From the UHGV virus genome UHGV-1376603: 44,448 nucleotides of DNA. One strand, 5' to 3'. Positions within the stretch are counted from its first letter, which is position 1. Each line of letters starts with the position of its first letter. Under the pieces are notes generated by a model, which saw only the letters and a list, made by a program, of their open reading frames with translations, was not told the DNA's origin and did not search any database. The stretch comes from a virus. Positions 1-8,868 of this stretch are shown here, piece by piece. The position numbers were made by a program, and so were the translations under genes.

Positions 1-641
1 CCCGCAAGCCGATCAGTAAGCGGATACGATGGCTGACCAGAGAAGAAGCTGAGCGGTTGATCGAGTGCATGCCGGAGAGCATTAAGCCAGTGGTGATATT
101 TGCACTGGCAACCGGCCTGCGCCGCTCAAACATCATCGGGCTTGAGTGGCAGCAGGTCGATATGCAGAGAAAGGTTGCATGGGTAAATCCAGAGAACGCA
201 AAAGCGGGCAAGGCGATTGGCGTAGCTCTGAATGATACCGCATGCAGGGTATTAAGGGATCAGATAGGGAAGCACTCCCGGTGGGTGTTCGTTCACACCA
301 CGGCTAAACATCGCCCTGACGGAACACTAACGCCCGCGGTTAGAAAAATGCGGGTGGATGACAATAACGCCTGGCGCGCCGGGTTGAAAAAAGCGGGGAT
401 CGAGGATTTCCGTTTTCACGACCTCAGGCATACCTGGGCAAGCTGGTTAATCCAGTCCGGCGTCCCGCTTTCAGTTTTGCAGGAAATGGGCGGATGGGAG
501 AGCATCGAGATGGTGCGCCGATACGCTCACCTGGCACCGAACCACTTGACCGAACACGCACGGAAAATTGACGCCATTTTTGGCGCTAGCGACACAAATA
601 CGACACAAGGAGGAAATCAGGCTGGTTTAAAACTGGCGTAA
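1..641 (+). CDS. int: Tyrosine integrase, C-terminal catalytic part; continues in frame from 43926..44448 across the window junction
   Basis: Translation contains [15 protein letters not shown] and ends in MVRRYAHL, the R-H-R-Y catalytic-domain motifs of tyrosine recombinases. The frame at position 3 joins the open frame that starts at 43926 and ends at 44448 with one nucleotide left over. Confidence 0.9.
   Translation, partial: RKPISKRIRWLTREEAERLIECMPESIKPVVIFALATGLRRSNIIGLEWQQVDMQRKVAWVNPENAKAGKAIGVALNDTACRVLRDQIGKHSRWVFVHTTAKHRPDGTLTPAVRKMRVDDNNAWRAGLKKAGIEDFRFHDLRHTWASWLIQSGVPLSVLQEMGGWESIEMVRRYAHLAPNHLTEHARKIDAIFGASDTNTTQGGNQAGLKLA
590..608. repeat. Two copies of the 8-mer CGACACAA spaced 11 bp apart, inverted relative to the 762..779 copies. 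Putative integrase arm-type sites (P arm) within the int 3' end.
   Basis: CGACACAA at 590-597 and 601-608. Its reverse complement TTGTGTCG recurs at 762-769 and, with one mismatch, at 772-779 on the other side of the att core. Confidence 0.4.
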
Positions 642-656
642 GTAACTGATTCTTAA

Positions 657-701
657 TGGCACGCCCTACAGGATTCGAACCTGTGACCTACGGCTTAGAA
701 G
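657..701 (-). other. attP core: 45-nt segment identical in type to the 3' half of tRNA-Arg(UCU), from anticodon loop to CCA. This is a tRNA gene fragment, not a full tRNA.
   Basis: The reverse complement reads CTTCTAAGCCGTAGGTCACAGGTTCGAATCCTGTAGGGCGTGCCA, with a T-arm, acceptor 3' strand and CCA. It closely resembles the 3' half of E. coli argU. Similarity stops at the anticodon loop and it sits immediately after int. Confidence 0.7.
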
Positions 702-761
702 AAAGTAGAGCGTTAAATAACACACTGTAATCACACATGTTTTCCGCGTTCGCATCCGGTT

Positions 762-822
762 TTGTGTCGTTTCGTGTCGTTTGAATACATCCCTGTCATT
801 ATCGTGCATTCCTGTCACGCCA
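762..822. repeat. Direct repeats TTGTGTCG/TCGTGTCG 10 bp apart, plus two CCTGTCA copies. Putative P' arm and accessory-factor sites of attP.
   Basis: TTTGTGTCGTTTCGTGTCGTTTG at 761-783. CCTGTCA at about 794 and 813. The region is non-coding. Confidence 0.35.
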
Positions 823-856
823 CATCTACGACACAGCAGCCTCGAGCTGACAGCGA

Positions 857-1174
857 CTAAACAACCGCATTGTCCTGGCGCACACCGCAGATAGTAAACG
901 TCACGACCCCGATGACAGTAACATCATCAAGGGCTTCACCCTCGATCGCTTCGCCATCTTCGGTAATCAGTGACTTTCCTCTCAGCGTGGCAAGCTCCGT
1001 CCCGCCGCCGTGCTGGATCAGAACCTGACTACCTTGTGATGGCTTCAGGGAGATATCCAGCACAACGTAACCGCCTGACCGCTCGAAGAGGCGCGTATTT
1101 GGCCCAACACTGCAGATCGAGTTAACCGTTAATCGCTGTTCCGTGTAGTCCGTCGCCGGTGATGGAAAGCCCAT
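857..1174 (-). CDS. UmuD'-like protein (LexA/S24 fold, lacks the N-terminal tail of UmuD). Moron next to attP.
   Basis: N-terminus MGFPSPATDYTEQRLTV matches the UmuD segment GFPSPAADYVEQRIDL. The C-terminal beta-rich segment is collinear with UmuD. The ORF track extends to 1207, but the internal Met at 1174 abuts the upstream gene stop. Confidence 0.55.
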   Translation of the reverse strand: MGFPSPATDYTEQRLTVNSICSVGPNTRLFERSGGYVVLDISLKPSQGSQVLIQHGGGTELATLRGKSLITEDGEAIEGEALDDVTVIGVVTFTICGVRQDNAVV

Positions 1175-1413
1175 TACAGAACCCTCCCCATGTTGGCCAT
1201 CATCCACAGCCGGTTTTCGCTATGGTCGGTGGTTTTGTCGACGAAATAACTCTGCTCTCTCGATATCCATGCATTAGCCTCAGAGTCGGTAAAATGCAGC
1301 CCGCGCCTGCGCAGCGCTGACACAAAATCCTTTGTGTGCAGGTACTGGTATCCTTTGGGGTTGCGCAATACCGACTCGCGGAAAGCCGCGGCGATGTCTG
1401 AATGTCGAATCAT
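1174..1413 (-). CDS. Hypothetical 79-aa protein, upstream partner of the UmuD'-like gene
   Basis: ORF track. Overlaps the downstream UmuD'-like gene start by a few nucleotides. No motif recognised. Confidence 0.4.
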   Translation of the reverse strand: MIRHSDIAAAFRESVLRNPKGYQYLHTKDFVSALRRRGLHFTDSEANAWISREQSYFVDKTTDHSENRLWMMANMGRVL

Positions 1414-1519
1414 GATCTGCCCTCCGATAAATACTGTTTACACATACAGTAGTTTTATGGGGAGAGAAGATCAATATAGCCCATGGCTATCAATGCACGC
1501 TTCTGTGCTAACGTTTTGA

Positions 1520-1720
1520 TTATTCAGCAGACCATGAATTAACTGTGACAGCATCAGGTATTCCACCACCGAATTTCATATTTATTGCATTCAGCTCAGC
1601 CATCACAGCCTCTTTTATCGCTGCATCATTTCCTTCTGATTCAACAGCAAGCGTTCCTGAATAAATTACCTGACCGTTTTTTGTCGCCTGATAATCCGCA
1701 ATATAGCCAGCCATATGCAC
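1520..1720 (-). CDS. Hypothetical 66-aa protein
   Basis: ORF directly downstream of the 250-aa fibre-associated gene on the same strand. No motif recognised. Confidence 0.35.
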   Translation of the reverse strand: MHMAGYIADYQATKNGQVIYSGTLAVESEGNDAAIKEAVMAELNAINMKFGGGIPDAVTVNSWSAE

Positions 1721-1723
1721 TCC

Positions 1724-2476
1724 TTAAATGTTTTTGCCTTTCAGCTGATAGTAGTTTTTGTAATAGGTGTAAATAGTTGCCATTTCAGCATCCGTTATTG
1801 CCCTAGATACAATCAGACAGGCCCGCATGAAGATAGTGGCCGTCGTGGTTCCCTCAACCGAACCGCCCAGCAGAATTTTTGACGAAGGTACAGCATAAGG
1901 AGTCGTCGCTGCGGTGCCGGTTGCTGACTGTGATGTGCGTGGCAGATTAAGCTTAGTCAGCATTGATCCGCTACCGTTATTACGAACAAAGCGACTTACG
2001 GCCATTTCGCCATCAGTTGCGGCAGTAGATGGGGTGAGATCAGCCTGTTGTGCTGCCCCTGCAGCCGTTAACCATTTAGCTCTCCACGCTGTAGCCGTAG
2101 TTTGTGTGCCACGAGTACGCTGTGGCGCGTTCATCTGCACCCGGCCCACAACAGCACCAATTGCCCCTGGATGGACGGCTATTGTCACCATTGTCAGATC
2201 GCTGTCGTTATATGCTGCTATGTCGATGTTCGTATCAAGGTGGTTATCCTCAGTAAGGCTGACTCCGTAATCACCCAGAGCAGGAGAGCCAACAACGGAC
2301 ATGGCAGCCCCAACCCGGTTTCGGGTTAATGATGCAGTGTCGTTTACGTCAAAATCAGCCTGCAGGATAATCCCCGGTATTAAGGCCGGAAGTTGGGTGA
2401 TGTCGTATGGATAAGGGTAAGTGTCAAGGTAACGCGTGGCTGTCACACCGTTATCAACATAAAATCGGGTAGTCAT
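1724..2476 (-). CDS. Tail-fibre-associated protein with a putative jellyroll/lectin-like C-terminal domain
   Basis: 250-aa ORF immediately downstream of the tailspike. The C-terminal part is beta-rich (TATIFMRACLIVSRAITDAEMATIYTYY) and is tentatively read as lectin-like. Position fits a receptor-binding accessory protein. Confidence 0.45.
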   Translation of the reverse strand: MTTRFYVDNGVTATRYLDTYPYPYDITQLPALIPGIILQADFDVNDTASLTRNRVGAAMSVVGSPALGDYGVSLTEDNHLDTNIDIAAYNDSDLTMVTIAVHPGAIGAVVGRVQMNAPQRTRGTQTTATAWRAKWLTAAGAAQQADLTPSTAATDGEMAVSRFVRNNGSGSMLTKLNLPRTSQSATGTAATTPYAVPSSKILLGGSVEGTTTATIFMRACLIVSRAITDAEMATIYTYYKNYYQLKGKNI

Positions 2477-2489
2477 GATTTACAGTCCT

Positions 2490-4658
2490 TTAAAGCTGAA
2501 TGGAGAAAACGCAAAGGTCGTTATAGAGAGGCAGGCCTGATAGTGACGTCCCTGTTTGGGAATCTCTGATACACCCGCGTGAACCAGTTACAGGCCCGGG
2601 GTTTTGTCCGGCAATCCCTTGGCTTGCATAAGATATCAATGTCGCAGTGGTAGAATCGGTCTTGGTGATAACTATTTTTGCTGTTGTTCCGCTTCCGCTA
2701 ACGGCTACCGAAGCAATAGTGGCCCCGGTCAGGACAAAGCCGTAGTTGCCTGGATCGGTAACCCTCGAGGTGTCAATCACGAGATCACCAACACAACCCG
2801 CCACTGGAATAGTGATTGTGGTTCCGGACTGCACAACACCAGACTCTATCGGCGCAAGAGAGGATTTTGTATTGTCATTCAGCCACCCACCAACCACCGC
2901 GCCAATAACTTCGCCTTCTGTCCGATACCCTGCGCTGGTCAGATGCTCACCGTCTGAATACGGGCGGGCATACTGTGCGCTGGCAAGATGGATTAATGCG
3001 TTATCACGGGCCTCCTGGTACTGTGCAATACCGATGTTATTGGTTTTGGTCGTGCCGGCAGTTCCGCCGTATGGAATGGTATTAGATAGCTGGCCGACAA
3101 ACATGTGAAGCGACTGGCTTTTTCCTGTTGCCGCGTTAATGACAGACTCATACTGAGCACGGAGAGTCTCCATTGCGGAGCGATAACTGGATATAGATGT
3201 GCCTGCTGCTGCATTCTGATTACCGTGAATAAGCACCATTACGGGAACATACTGCATACCCAGCTTTTCAGCCATGGCTACAGCTGACTGAATCATTTTC
3301 GTTGCACCGGTAAAAGTCGCTGAACCGGATGAAATGTCGGCAATTGCAGTACCGGATGAGCACGCATCGGAAACCAGAACCGTATGCCCGGTGAGATCAT
3401 GAATTTTAAACGCCATACCGCTTGATGGCGACTCCTGTCCAGGTCGCGTCCCAGCATTCTCCCGGCATGGGATGACAGCCTCAAGGAGCGATTCATTCAG
3501 CGTGTCATACTTAAAATCGACTTTCGGGCCGGTCTCAAACGAGAGTATGCCGTAATCTGCCTGCGCTGTTGTCGTTACAGGGCTTTGTGCTTGCGTTGAA
3601 CCGCCTGCAGCAAGAGACTGACCAGTGATAATCAGGTGAATAAGAAAGCGCAATGACTCTCGCGCCCGGTAATTCCCGTCATAAGTGGATCGATAAGTGA
3701 TGTAGTTGCCGCTGACATTCGACAAATAACGCAAAAATTCCGCATATGCCACTGGCGCAATATTTGAAACTCCGGAGTCGTTCGTGATCTGAGTTACATC
3801 GCTGCCATCTACCGCAATGATATTTCCATCAACTGAAGCAACCATTGGGAATTCAGAGGCGTCATCATCAGGTGTGTCATCGCCCACCTGCTCCACGGTA
3901 CCATCTGTGCGAACTCGCCGAAAAATTCTCCCCTGTCCGTCCATATGTATTTCAGAATAGTCACTGACACTGTCATCATCAGCAAACCACGTGGTCAGGC
4001 TGCCATGTGTCAGATTGCCAAGGGCAGAAATGTTAAATATTTCTTCACCAGTGGCGCGCATCTGGCAGACAAATCCTCCACCTGCAATTTGCACAAGCTC
4101 AATCCCTGAACCAATCATCAATGCCGGAAACTGGCTCGTGCCATCGGCATAACGGCGATAAACGGCGTGCCCTACACTATCAAGAATGAGCTCAGCAATA
4201 TCTGGGTATGCATCGGTAGTCTGAGCAGCACCGAAAGCCATAATTTTCGCCAGTTCAGTGGCAACCAAATCTCTCAGCGCGTCAACATATCCAGCAGAAA
4301 TCATCCTGCGACCGGTAGGCTGCAACGTTCCGCCAACGTTCATGACCTCGATCGCGAGGGCGCTGTCATCCGGGCTGCGATAATAAGTAGTGCTCCCCTC
4401 GGGGATATTCGCAATATCTGCCTGAGCCGCTGCCGGCGTCATATACTGGCGACTAAGCGGGATCAGGTTCTGGCGGGTTTCTTCAATTTCGTCTTCGTTT
4501 TTCTTTAATACGCCTTTCCAGGTTGGTGTCATAATTCCTGTGCGTGTCTCGACTTCCAACTCCTCGCTATTCAGTATTTCATCCTGAACACGGTTATTAT
4601 CCCAAACATCAGGCATAGCAGAAGACGGGACTGGGTTACCCGTTTTATATAAAGCCAT
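2490..4658 (-). CDS. Tailspike / tail fibre protein with a central SGNH/SASA-type carbohydrate esterase domain
   Basis: 722 aa. ITGQSLAAGG matches the GQSN(M)xG block of sialate O-acetylesterase/SGNH hydrolases. A later HGNQNAAAG block is present. The C-terminal part is beta-rich, and the gene follows the tail fibre gene. Confidence 0.6.
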   Translation of the reverse strand: MALYKTGNPVPSSAMPDVWDNNRVQDEILNSEELEVETRTGIMTPTWKGVLKKNEDEIEETRQNLIPLSRQYMTPAAAQADIANIPEGSTTYYRSPDDSALAIEVMNVGGTLQPTGRRMISAGYVDALRDLVATELAKIMAFGAAQTTDAYPDIAELILDSVGHAVYRRYADGTSQFPALMIGSGIELVQIAGGGFVCQMRATGEEIFNISALGNLTHGSLTTWFADDDSVSDYSEIHMDGQGRIFRRVRTDGTVEQVGDDTPDDDASEFPMVASVDGNIIAVDGSDVTQITNDSGVSNIAPVAYAEFLRYLSNVSGNYITYRSTYDGNYRARESLRFLIHLIITGQSLAAGGSTQAQSPVTTTAQADYGILSFETGPKVDFKYDTLNESLLEAVIPCRENAGTRPGQESPSSGMAFKIHDLTGHTVLVSDACSSGTAIADISSGSATFTGATKMIQSAVAMAEKLGMQYVPVMVLIHGNQNAAAGTSISSYRSAMETLRAQYESVINAATGKSQSLHMFVGQLSNTIPYGGTAGTTKTNNIGIAQYQEARDNALIHLASAQYARPYSDGEHLTSAGYRTEGEVIGAVVGGWLNDNTKSSLAPIESGVVQSGTTITIPVAGCVGDLVIDTSRVTDPGNYGFVLTGATIASVAVSGSGTTAKIVITKTDSTTATLISYASQGIAGQNPGPVTGSRGCIRDSQTGTSLSGLPLYNDLCVFSIQL

Positions 4659-4679
4659 TATTGATATACTCCGGATTAA

Positions 4680-5471
4680 TCAGGCGGAACGGTACCAGCC
4701 CATCAGTTTTACATAGGCGTTGGTAATATTTAATGCGGTACCACTACCCATGTTCTCGGTATTACCGGAAACACTGTGGCTGTGAGAACCCAAGGCAACG
4801 CTATGGGTATGTGCCCCACTCGTTGATGTAGTGCCAAAATCAGTACCGCCATTAGAGCCCACCGCCTGATCTGAACCACCTTTTTTCTGCATTGAGCTAC
4901 CCCATCCGTGTGAGTGCGCTCCCTGGCTGTCGGTAGTTTTTGTGCCCAGATCGACTGAAGCAGCAGTTCCGGTAATACTCAATGCCTGTGCAGGTAAGTT
5001 TGCTTTGGCCAGAGAAACCGTATCCGCTCCCCCTGTACCCAGAACATCCGATCCATTCTGAAGTCCAAGTCGAATTGTTTTGTTTTCTCCGATGTAATTC
5101 CATGCCGTCCCAGGGAAAAGTGTGTTGGGGTTTTTGTTCTGAGCGAAGAACAACACCGCGCCCACCGGGTATACGGAATCAATTTGTAATGAGGTAAGGG
5201 CCGTTAATAGCTGTGCCTTTAGCGCAGCTGTGTCCCCGTTATCGAGGACATCCTCGGCGGTTTGCTCCAGAATTATCTGCCCCAGAACGCTAGCCATTAC
5301 GGTACCCTGTCGCAGCGCTTTGTTGATCTGCTCAGCGCGGGCGATCCCCGCGGTAAAACCGGTAGACAATGCAACCAGATTTTCCCAGTCCGTTTGTGAG
5401 GACACGTTTGCACCTGCACCAACGGCAAACGGCTTAAAATTATTTTCAGCCATCAGAATGTTTCTCCCCAT
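4680..5471 (-). CDS. Tail fibre protein (HxH repeat, P2 gpH / Mu S-like C-terminus)
   Basis: GAHSHGWGSS, GAHTHSVALGSHSHSVSG His-x-His repeats. C-terminal YVKLMGWYR is typical of myovirus fibre C-termini. Confidence 0.65.
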   Translation of the reverse strand: MGRNILMAENNFKPFAVGAGANVSSQTDWENLVALSTGFTAGIARAEQINKALRQGTVMASVLGQIILEQTAEDVLDNGDTAALKAQLLTALTSLQIDSVYPVGAVLFFAQNKNPNTLFPGTAWNYIGENKTIRLGLQNGSDVLGTGGADTVSLAKANLPAQALSITGTAASVDLGTKTTDSQGAHSHGWGSSMQKKGGSDQAVGSNGGTDFGTTSTSGAHTHSVALGSHSHSVSGNTENMGSGTALNITNAYVKLMGWYRSA

Positions 5472-6226
5472 GCGCCGGCATCAAAACCCGCGATGTAATC
5501 GTTATCGGCATCGAATCCAAAAAATTTATATCCGTTGGATGGTGTAATTGTTTCCCTTATTCGTACCCCGGCAGCTTTCACCGTCAATAACCCAGCGCGA
5601 ATGACAAAAACAAATTCAGAAGGAAGTTTGTCTATCGGGTTTATATCGTAGCGTGATGGCTCATATCCTTCGGGTAGCGGAATAAACGGGCCGTGGTTAA
5701 TTGCAGAGTCAAATATCAACCGGTCAATATTGGGAATGATATATTCATCATCCACGACGATTAAAACCGATATCGACATATCCTGATTGTCCAGGATAAT
5801 CATTTTTATACCCGTGCCTTCAAGCGCCGTTTCCAGAATATCCGGCAGCGTGCCGTTCTGGCCGTTCCAGTTGTTTATCCCTATGCGGGCCTTGAGCACG
5901 ACGCGATAGACATCATCGCTGAGATACGTCAGCGCGTCAGAGGACTGGTAAGGGCCCAGCCAGATCCCCTGATCCCAACCGACACGCTCTTTATCCCACT
6001 GCAGGAAAACTCCAGTAATGGGTGCCGCTACCGCTCGGGATACTCCGATCCACTTGCCGAGGATATCCAACTGGTCGCCGACTGCGGTATCAACATCAAA
6101 AGCGGTGATTAACCCTGACGTAGCAGTAGAAACATCAATCAGCGGCCGCGTCGATAAATCAACGTGCTCGACGAACTTGGGCTTTCCGGCGTGGTAATTG
6201 GTGATCAGGTCGGTGTATTTGCTCAT
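5453..6226 (-). CDS. Baseplate wedge / tail-fibre attachment protein (Mu gp48-like)
   Basis: 257-aa ORF between the baseplate J-like gene and the fibre gene. Conserved-looking phage protein. Confidence 0.5.
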   Translation of the reverse strand: MSKYTDLITNYHAGKPKFVEHVDLSTRPLIDVSTATSGLITAFDVDTAVGDQLDILGKWIGVSRAVAAPITGVFLQWDKERVGWDQGIWLGPYQSSDALTYLSDDVYRVVLKARIGINNWNGQNGTLPDILETALEGTGIKMIILDNQDMSISVLIVVDDEYIIPNIDRLIFDSAINHGPFIPLPEGYEPSRYDINPIDKLPSEFVFVIRAGLLTVKAAGVRIRETITPSNGYKFFGFDADNDYIAGFDAGAWGETF

Positions 6227-7422
6227 GGCGTCACCACCAGTGCGATGTTATCCACGCTGCAGGATGCCGACTCATCATAGGCAACCACCAGGTTAGCCGC
6301 GGCTACATCATCGGCAGAGCGCCCAATCAGCAGCTCCATGATGTCGTAATAGCGCGCGTTACCGCCGCTCACGACGCCCAGGTTAGCCGGGGAATAAACG
6401 CGGCTCAGCAGCACGCTGTCACCGATGGCCAGAGAGTTGATATACGAAGCCACAGCCGCTTTGATCTCATCGCCGACCTCAGAGCTATAACCCGTCAGTG
6501 CCTTAAGCGTTATCGACACATAAACCGGCACGTCAATCGGGCGGGAAAAGCGAATTGTGTAGGGGTTGCCGTATTTGTCGGTGACTATCACGGACGTAGT
6601 GCCGTAAGTGGATACGCCCTGCCCTTTAACGCTGCGGATAGTGTTAGCGATTTCCGTTGCATCACCACCCTCGACAATCGCCGAGATCGAGTGCGGAGGA
6701 AGTCCGTTTGAATCCGTCACCTCCTGGTCGTTCTCAAACAGTTTGTGACGGGTCACGCCTTCAACGTTGGCTATCGCACCATCTACCGCATCAAATGGCG
6801 TGAGAGACGCCAGCGCGACGCTTTGCGACTGCCTTACGCGTAGTTCTGCATCTGTTTCCGCTGCTACGCCTACTGTAGCCGCCAGCGGGTTAGTTACCGA
6901 AGCCCATCCGCGCGTAGGTGTGTTGATGCCGTTTACCGACCCCGCTACCGCGGCGACCGCTCCCGAGTTTGCACAGGTGGCCGTAGCTACCACTGTCCCG
7001 TCGGAGCCAATGACCACCGTTGCAGGCAGATTCCAGACCACGCTGTTTGTGTCGCGCACTGAGCCATTGGTGATAGCCGTACCGACGGTACCGGTAAGCA
7101 GCAGATCGACGGTTGAATTTGTCGCTGCGCGCCGGGTGATGCCGTTAATTTTGACGTTGCTCGTCAGTGCGTCACCCAGGGCCGTCGCCGGCGAGAATGA
7201 CCTGTAAACCGAGATGGCCGTGTTATTGGCGTCGTGAATGGCCAGCGCCACCAGCGCTACCATCTGGCCGTCTTTACTGTCAGGCTCCAGATAGGCATCA
7301 CTGCCGTAGATCTGCTGGAAATAGCCGGTGATGGTGTCAAGAACGGTCTGATAGTCGGGCGCACTTATCCCCTCAGCGGTTACCGTTGCCGATAAGCCGA
7401 GTGTGTCGAGGTCCAAAGACAT
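6223..7422 (-). CDS. Baseplate J-like protein (Mu gp47 / P2 gpJ family)
   Basis: 399 aa. Gene order and length fit the baseplate J family. Start overlaps the upstream gene stop. Confidence 0.65.
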   Translation of the reverse strand: MSLDLDTLGLSATVTAEGISAPDYQTVLDTITGYFQQIYGSDAYLEPDSKDGQMVALVALAIHDANNTAISVYRSFSPATALGDALTSNVKINGITRRAATNSTVDLLLTGTVGTAITNGSVRDTNSVVWNLPATVVIGSDGTVVATATCANSGAVAAVAGSVNGINTPTRGWASVTNPLAATVGVAAETDAELRVRQSQSVALASLTPFDAVDGAIANVEGVTRHKLFENDQEVTDSNGLPPHSISAIVEGGDATEIANTIRSVKGQGVSTYGTTSVIVTDKYGNPYTIRFSRPIDVPVYVSITLKALTGYSSEVGDEIKAAVASYINSLAIGDSVLLSRVYSPANLGVVSGGNARYYDIMELLIGRSADDVAAANLVVAYDESASCSVDNIALVVTP

Positions 7423-7775
7423 TACGCCTCCGAGGTTACTGTGGTTGTCCCGTAGATGGTTTCTACCGTTGCTGTGAACGTTACACGGCGCGTGGTACCG
7501 TCAACGGTGGTGTTAAATGCAGTGATTGAGCTAACCCCCTGCGTTTCGAGGATCCGCTTACGGATAGCGAGGTTGTAGGTATCCGGCTTTTGCTTACCCA
7601 GAACGGACTGAATCCATGGCGTACCTTCTGTGGTGTCCAGAAACCACTGACCGTACCAGAGCAGGAAGCGCGTTTTAATGGCCTGCGCTACAGCCTCGGG
7701 TGAGTTAACCAGCCAGGTATCATCGCCCTGACCGAAGGTGTAATCCCCATCGTCATCTTCTCGACGGTATCGCAT
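7422..7775 (-). CDS. Small baseplate protein (gp25/Mu gp46-like position)
   Basis: ATG at 7775 is preceded by GGAGG at 7 nt and directly follows the TGA of the spike gene (ATGATATG). The longer track ORF to 7853 overlaps the upstream gene. Confidence 0.55.
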   Translation of the reverse strand: MRYRREDDDGDYTFGQGDDTWLVNSPEAVAQAIKTRFLLWYGQWFLDTTEGTPWIQSVLGKQKPDTYNLAIRKRILETQGVSSITAFNTTVDGTTRRVTFTATVETIYGTTTVTSEA

Positions 7776-7776
7776 A

Positions 7777-8430
7777 TCATCCTCCGAGTGGTGCTGTACT
7801 GCTGCCACCAGGCTCAACACCACCATGCGTATGCTTATCAACGATTGAGCCATCCACCAGTTGCAGGCGTCCGTCCGAAAGAATTTTAAGCCCGTTCAGG
7901 TTAAAACCTCCCGGCGCCGTACCGTTGATAGCTCCGCTGGCAGGATTAAGGCTCAACTTTGTTTCCCCGTCATCACTGCGCAGCTCTACCGCACTGGTGC
8001 TGATACCGCCGATTTTCTTCGCCTGAGACTGCGGGCCGACAATGCAGAAGGCATCCGACAAATCATGCATGCGCTCGTCTACTGGCTCCTGAATACCTCC
8101 GCTTTGCCACCAGAAATCAATACAGCGGTCTGCAAAGATAACAAGGCATTCATCACCAGCCTTAACAGGAAAAGTCAGCGTGCAGCCGCCCCCGCGGGGG
8201 AATACAACTGGAACATCCACCAGCAGCGGATAATCCTTCGTGCTTTTGTTGCCGTCGTTGTCGCGCTCGATGTAGCGGATCGCTGGCTGAACAACAGCCG
8301 TCAAAGATTCTGGGTCGAATGACTGGATGATCCCCGGCAGTGCTACGCGCATTTGCTCGCTAAGCGTCTTTCGCTCAGACGCCAGAACCTCCGCCAGCGC
8401 CCCACTACGGGTTTGGCTTGATACGCCCAT
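7777..8430 (-). CDS. Baseplate central spike (phage gpV / Mu gp45-like)
   Basis: 217 aa with a LPGIIQSFDP-type N-terminus typical of gpV/gp138 N-terminal domains, and a Gly-rich C-terminus. Confidence 0.6.
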   Translation of the reverse strand: MGVSSQTRSGALAEVLASERKTLSEQMRVALPGIIQSFDPESLTAVVQPAIRYIERDNDGNKSTKDYPLLVDVPVVFPRGGGCTLTFPVKAGDECLVIFADRCIDFWWQSGGIQEPVDERMHDLSDAFCIVGPQSQAKKIGGISTSAVELRSDDGETKLSLNPASGAINGTAPGGFNLNGLKILSDGRLQLVDGSIVDKHTHGGVEPGGSSTAPLGG

Positions 8431-8517
8431 GTTTTCTCCAGATAATGATTACCCTCACTTAGTGAGGGGTAGAATAAAAATTTAATTACTTAGTATTTTT
8501 GACTACAGGAGATACCT

Positions 8518-8835
8518 ATGGGCTTCAGATTTAGGAAGCGGATACGCATAGCTCCAGGCCTAGCAATCAATATCAGCAAGAGTGGCGTTAGTACGTCGAT
8601 TGGCCCAAAAGGCGCCACTACCAACATAAGTGGAAGAGGAATAAAAACCACCGTTGGAATTCCGGGATCCGGTTTGTCATACACCGTTGGCCCAGGGAAA
8701 AAATCTGGAAAAGCTACATCGGAAGAGGAATTTTCAGAACAGGAACCAACGGCTCAAAGGGAAGGGATCCATTGGTGGAGGCTTGCAGTTTTCATCATTG
8801 CCGCCATAGTTCTATCGCAAATATTTAAGCAGTGA
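8518..8835 (+). CDS. DUF4236-type protein with a C-terminal transmembrane helix. Moron on the opposite strand.
   Basis: RBS GGAGATACCTATG. Gly/Ser-rich N-terminus (GPKGATTNISGRGIKTTVGIPGSGLSYTVGPG) followed by a hydrophobic tail LAVFIIAAIVLSQIF. A + strand terminator follows. Confidence 0.6.
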   Translation: MGFRFRKRIRIAPGLAINISKSGVSTSIGPKGATTNISGRGIKTTVGIPGSGLSYTVGPGKKSGKATSEEEFSEQEPTAQREGIHWWRLAVFIIAAIVLSQIFKQ

Positions 8836-8841
8836 GATTTT

Positions 8842-8868
8842 AGCCCTGATTAACTCAGGGCTTTTTTA
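8842..8868 (+). terminator. Rho-independent terminator for the DUF4236 moron
   Basis: AGCCCTGA-TTAAC-TCAGGGCT hairpin followed by TTTTT. Confidence 0.6.
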
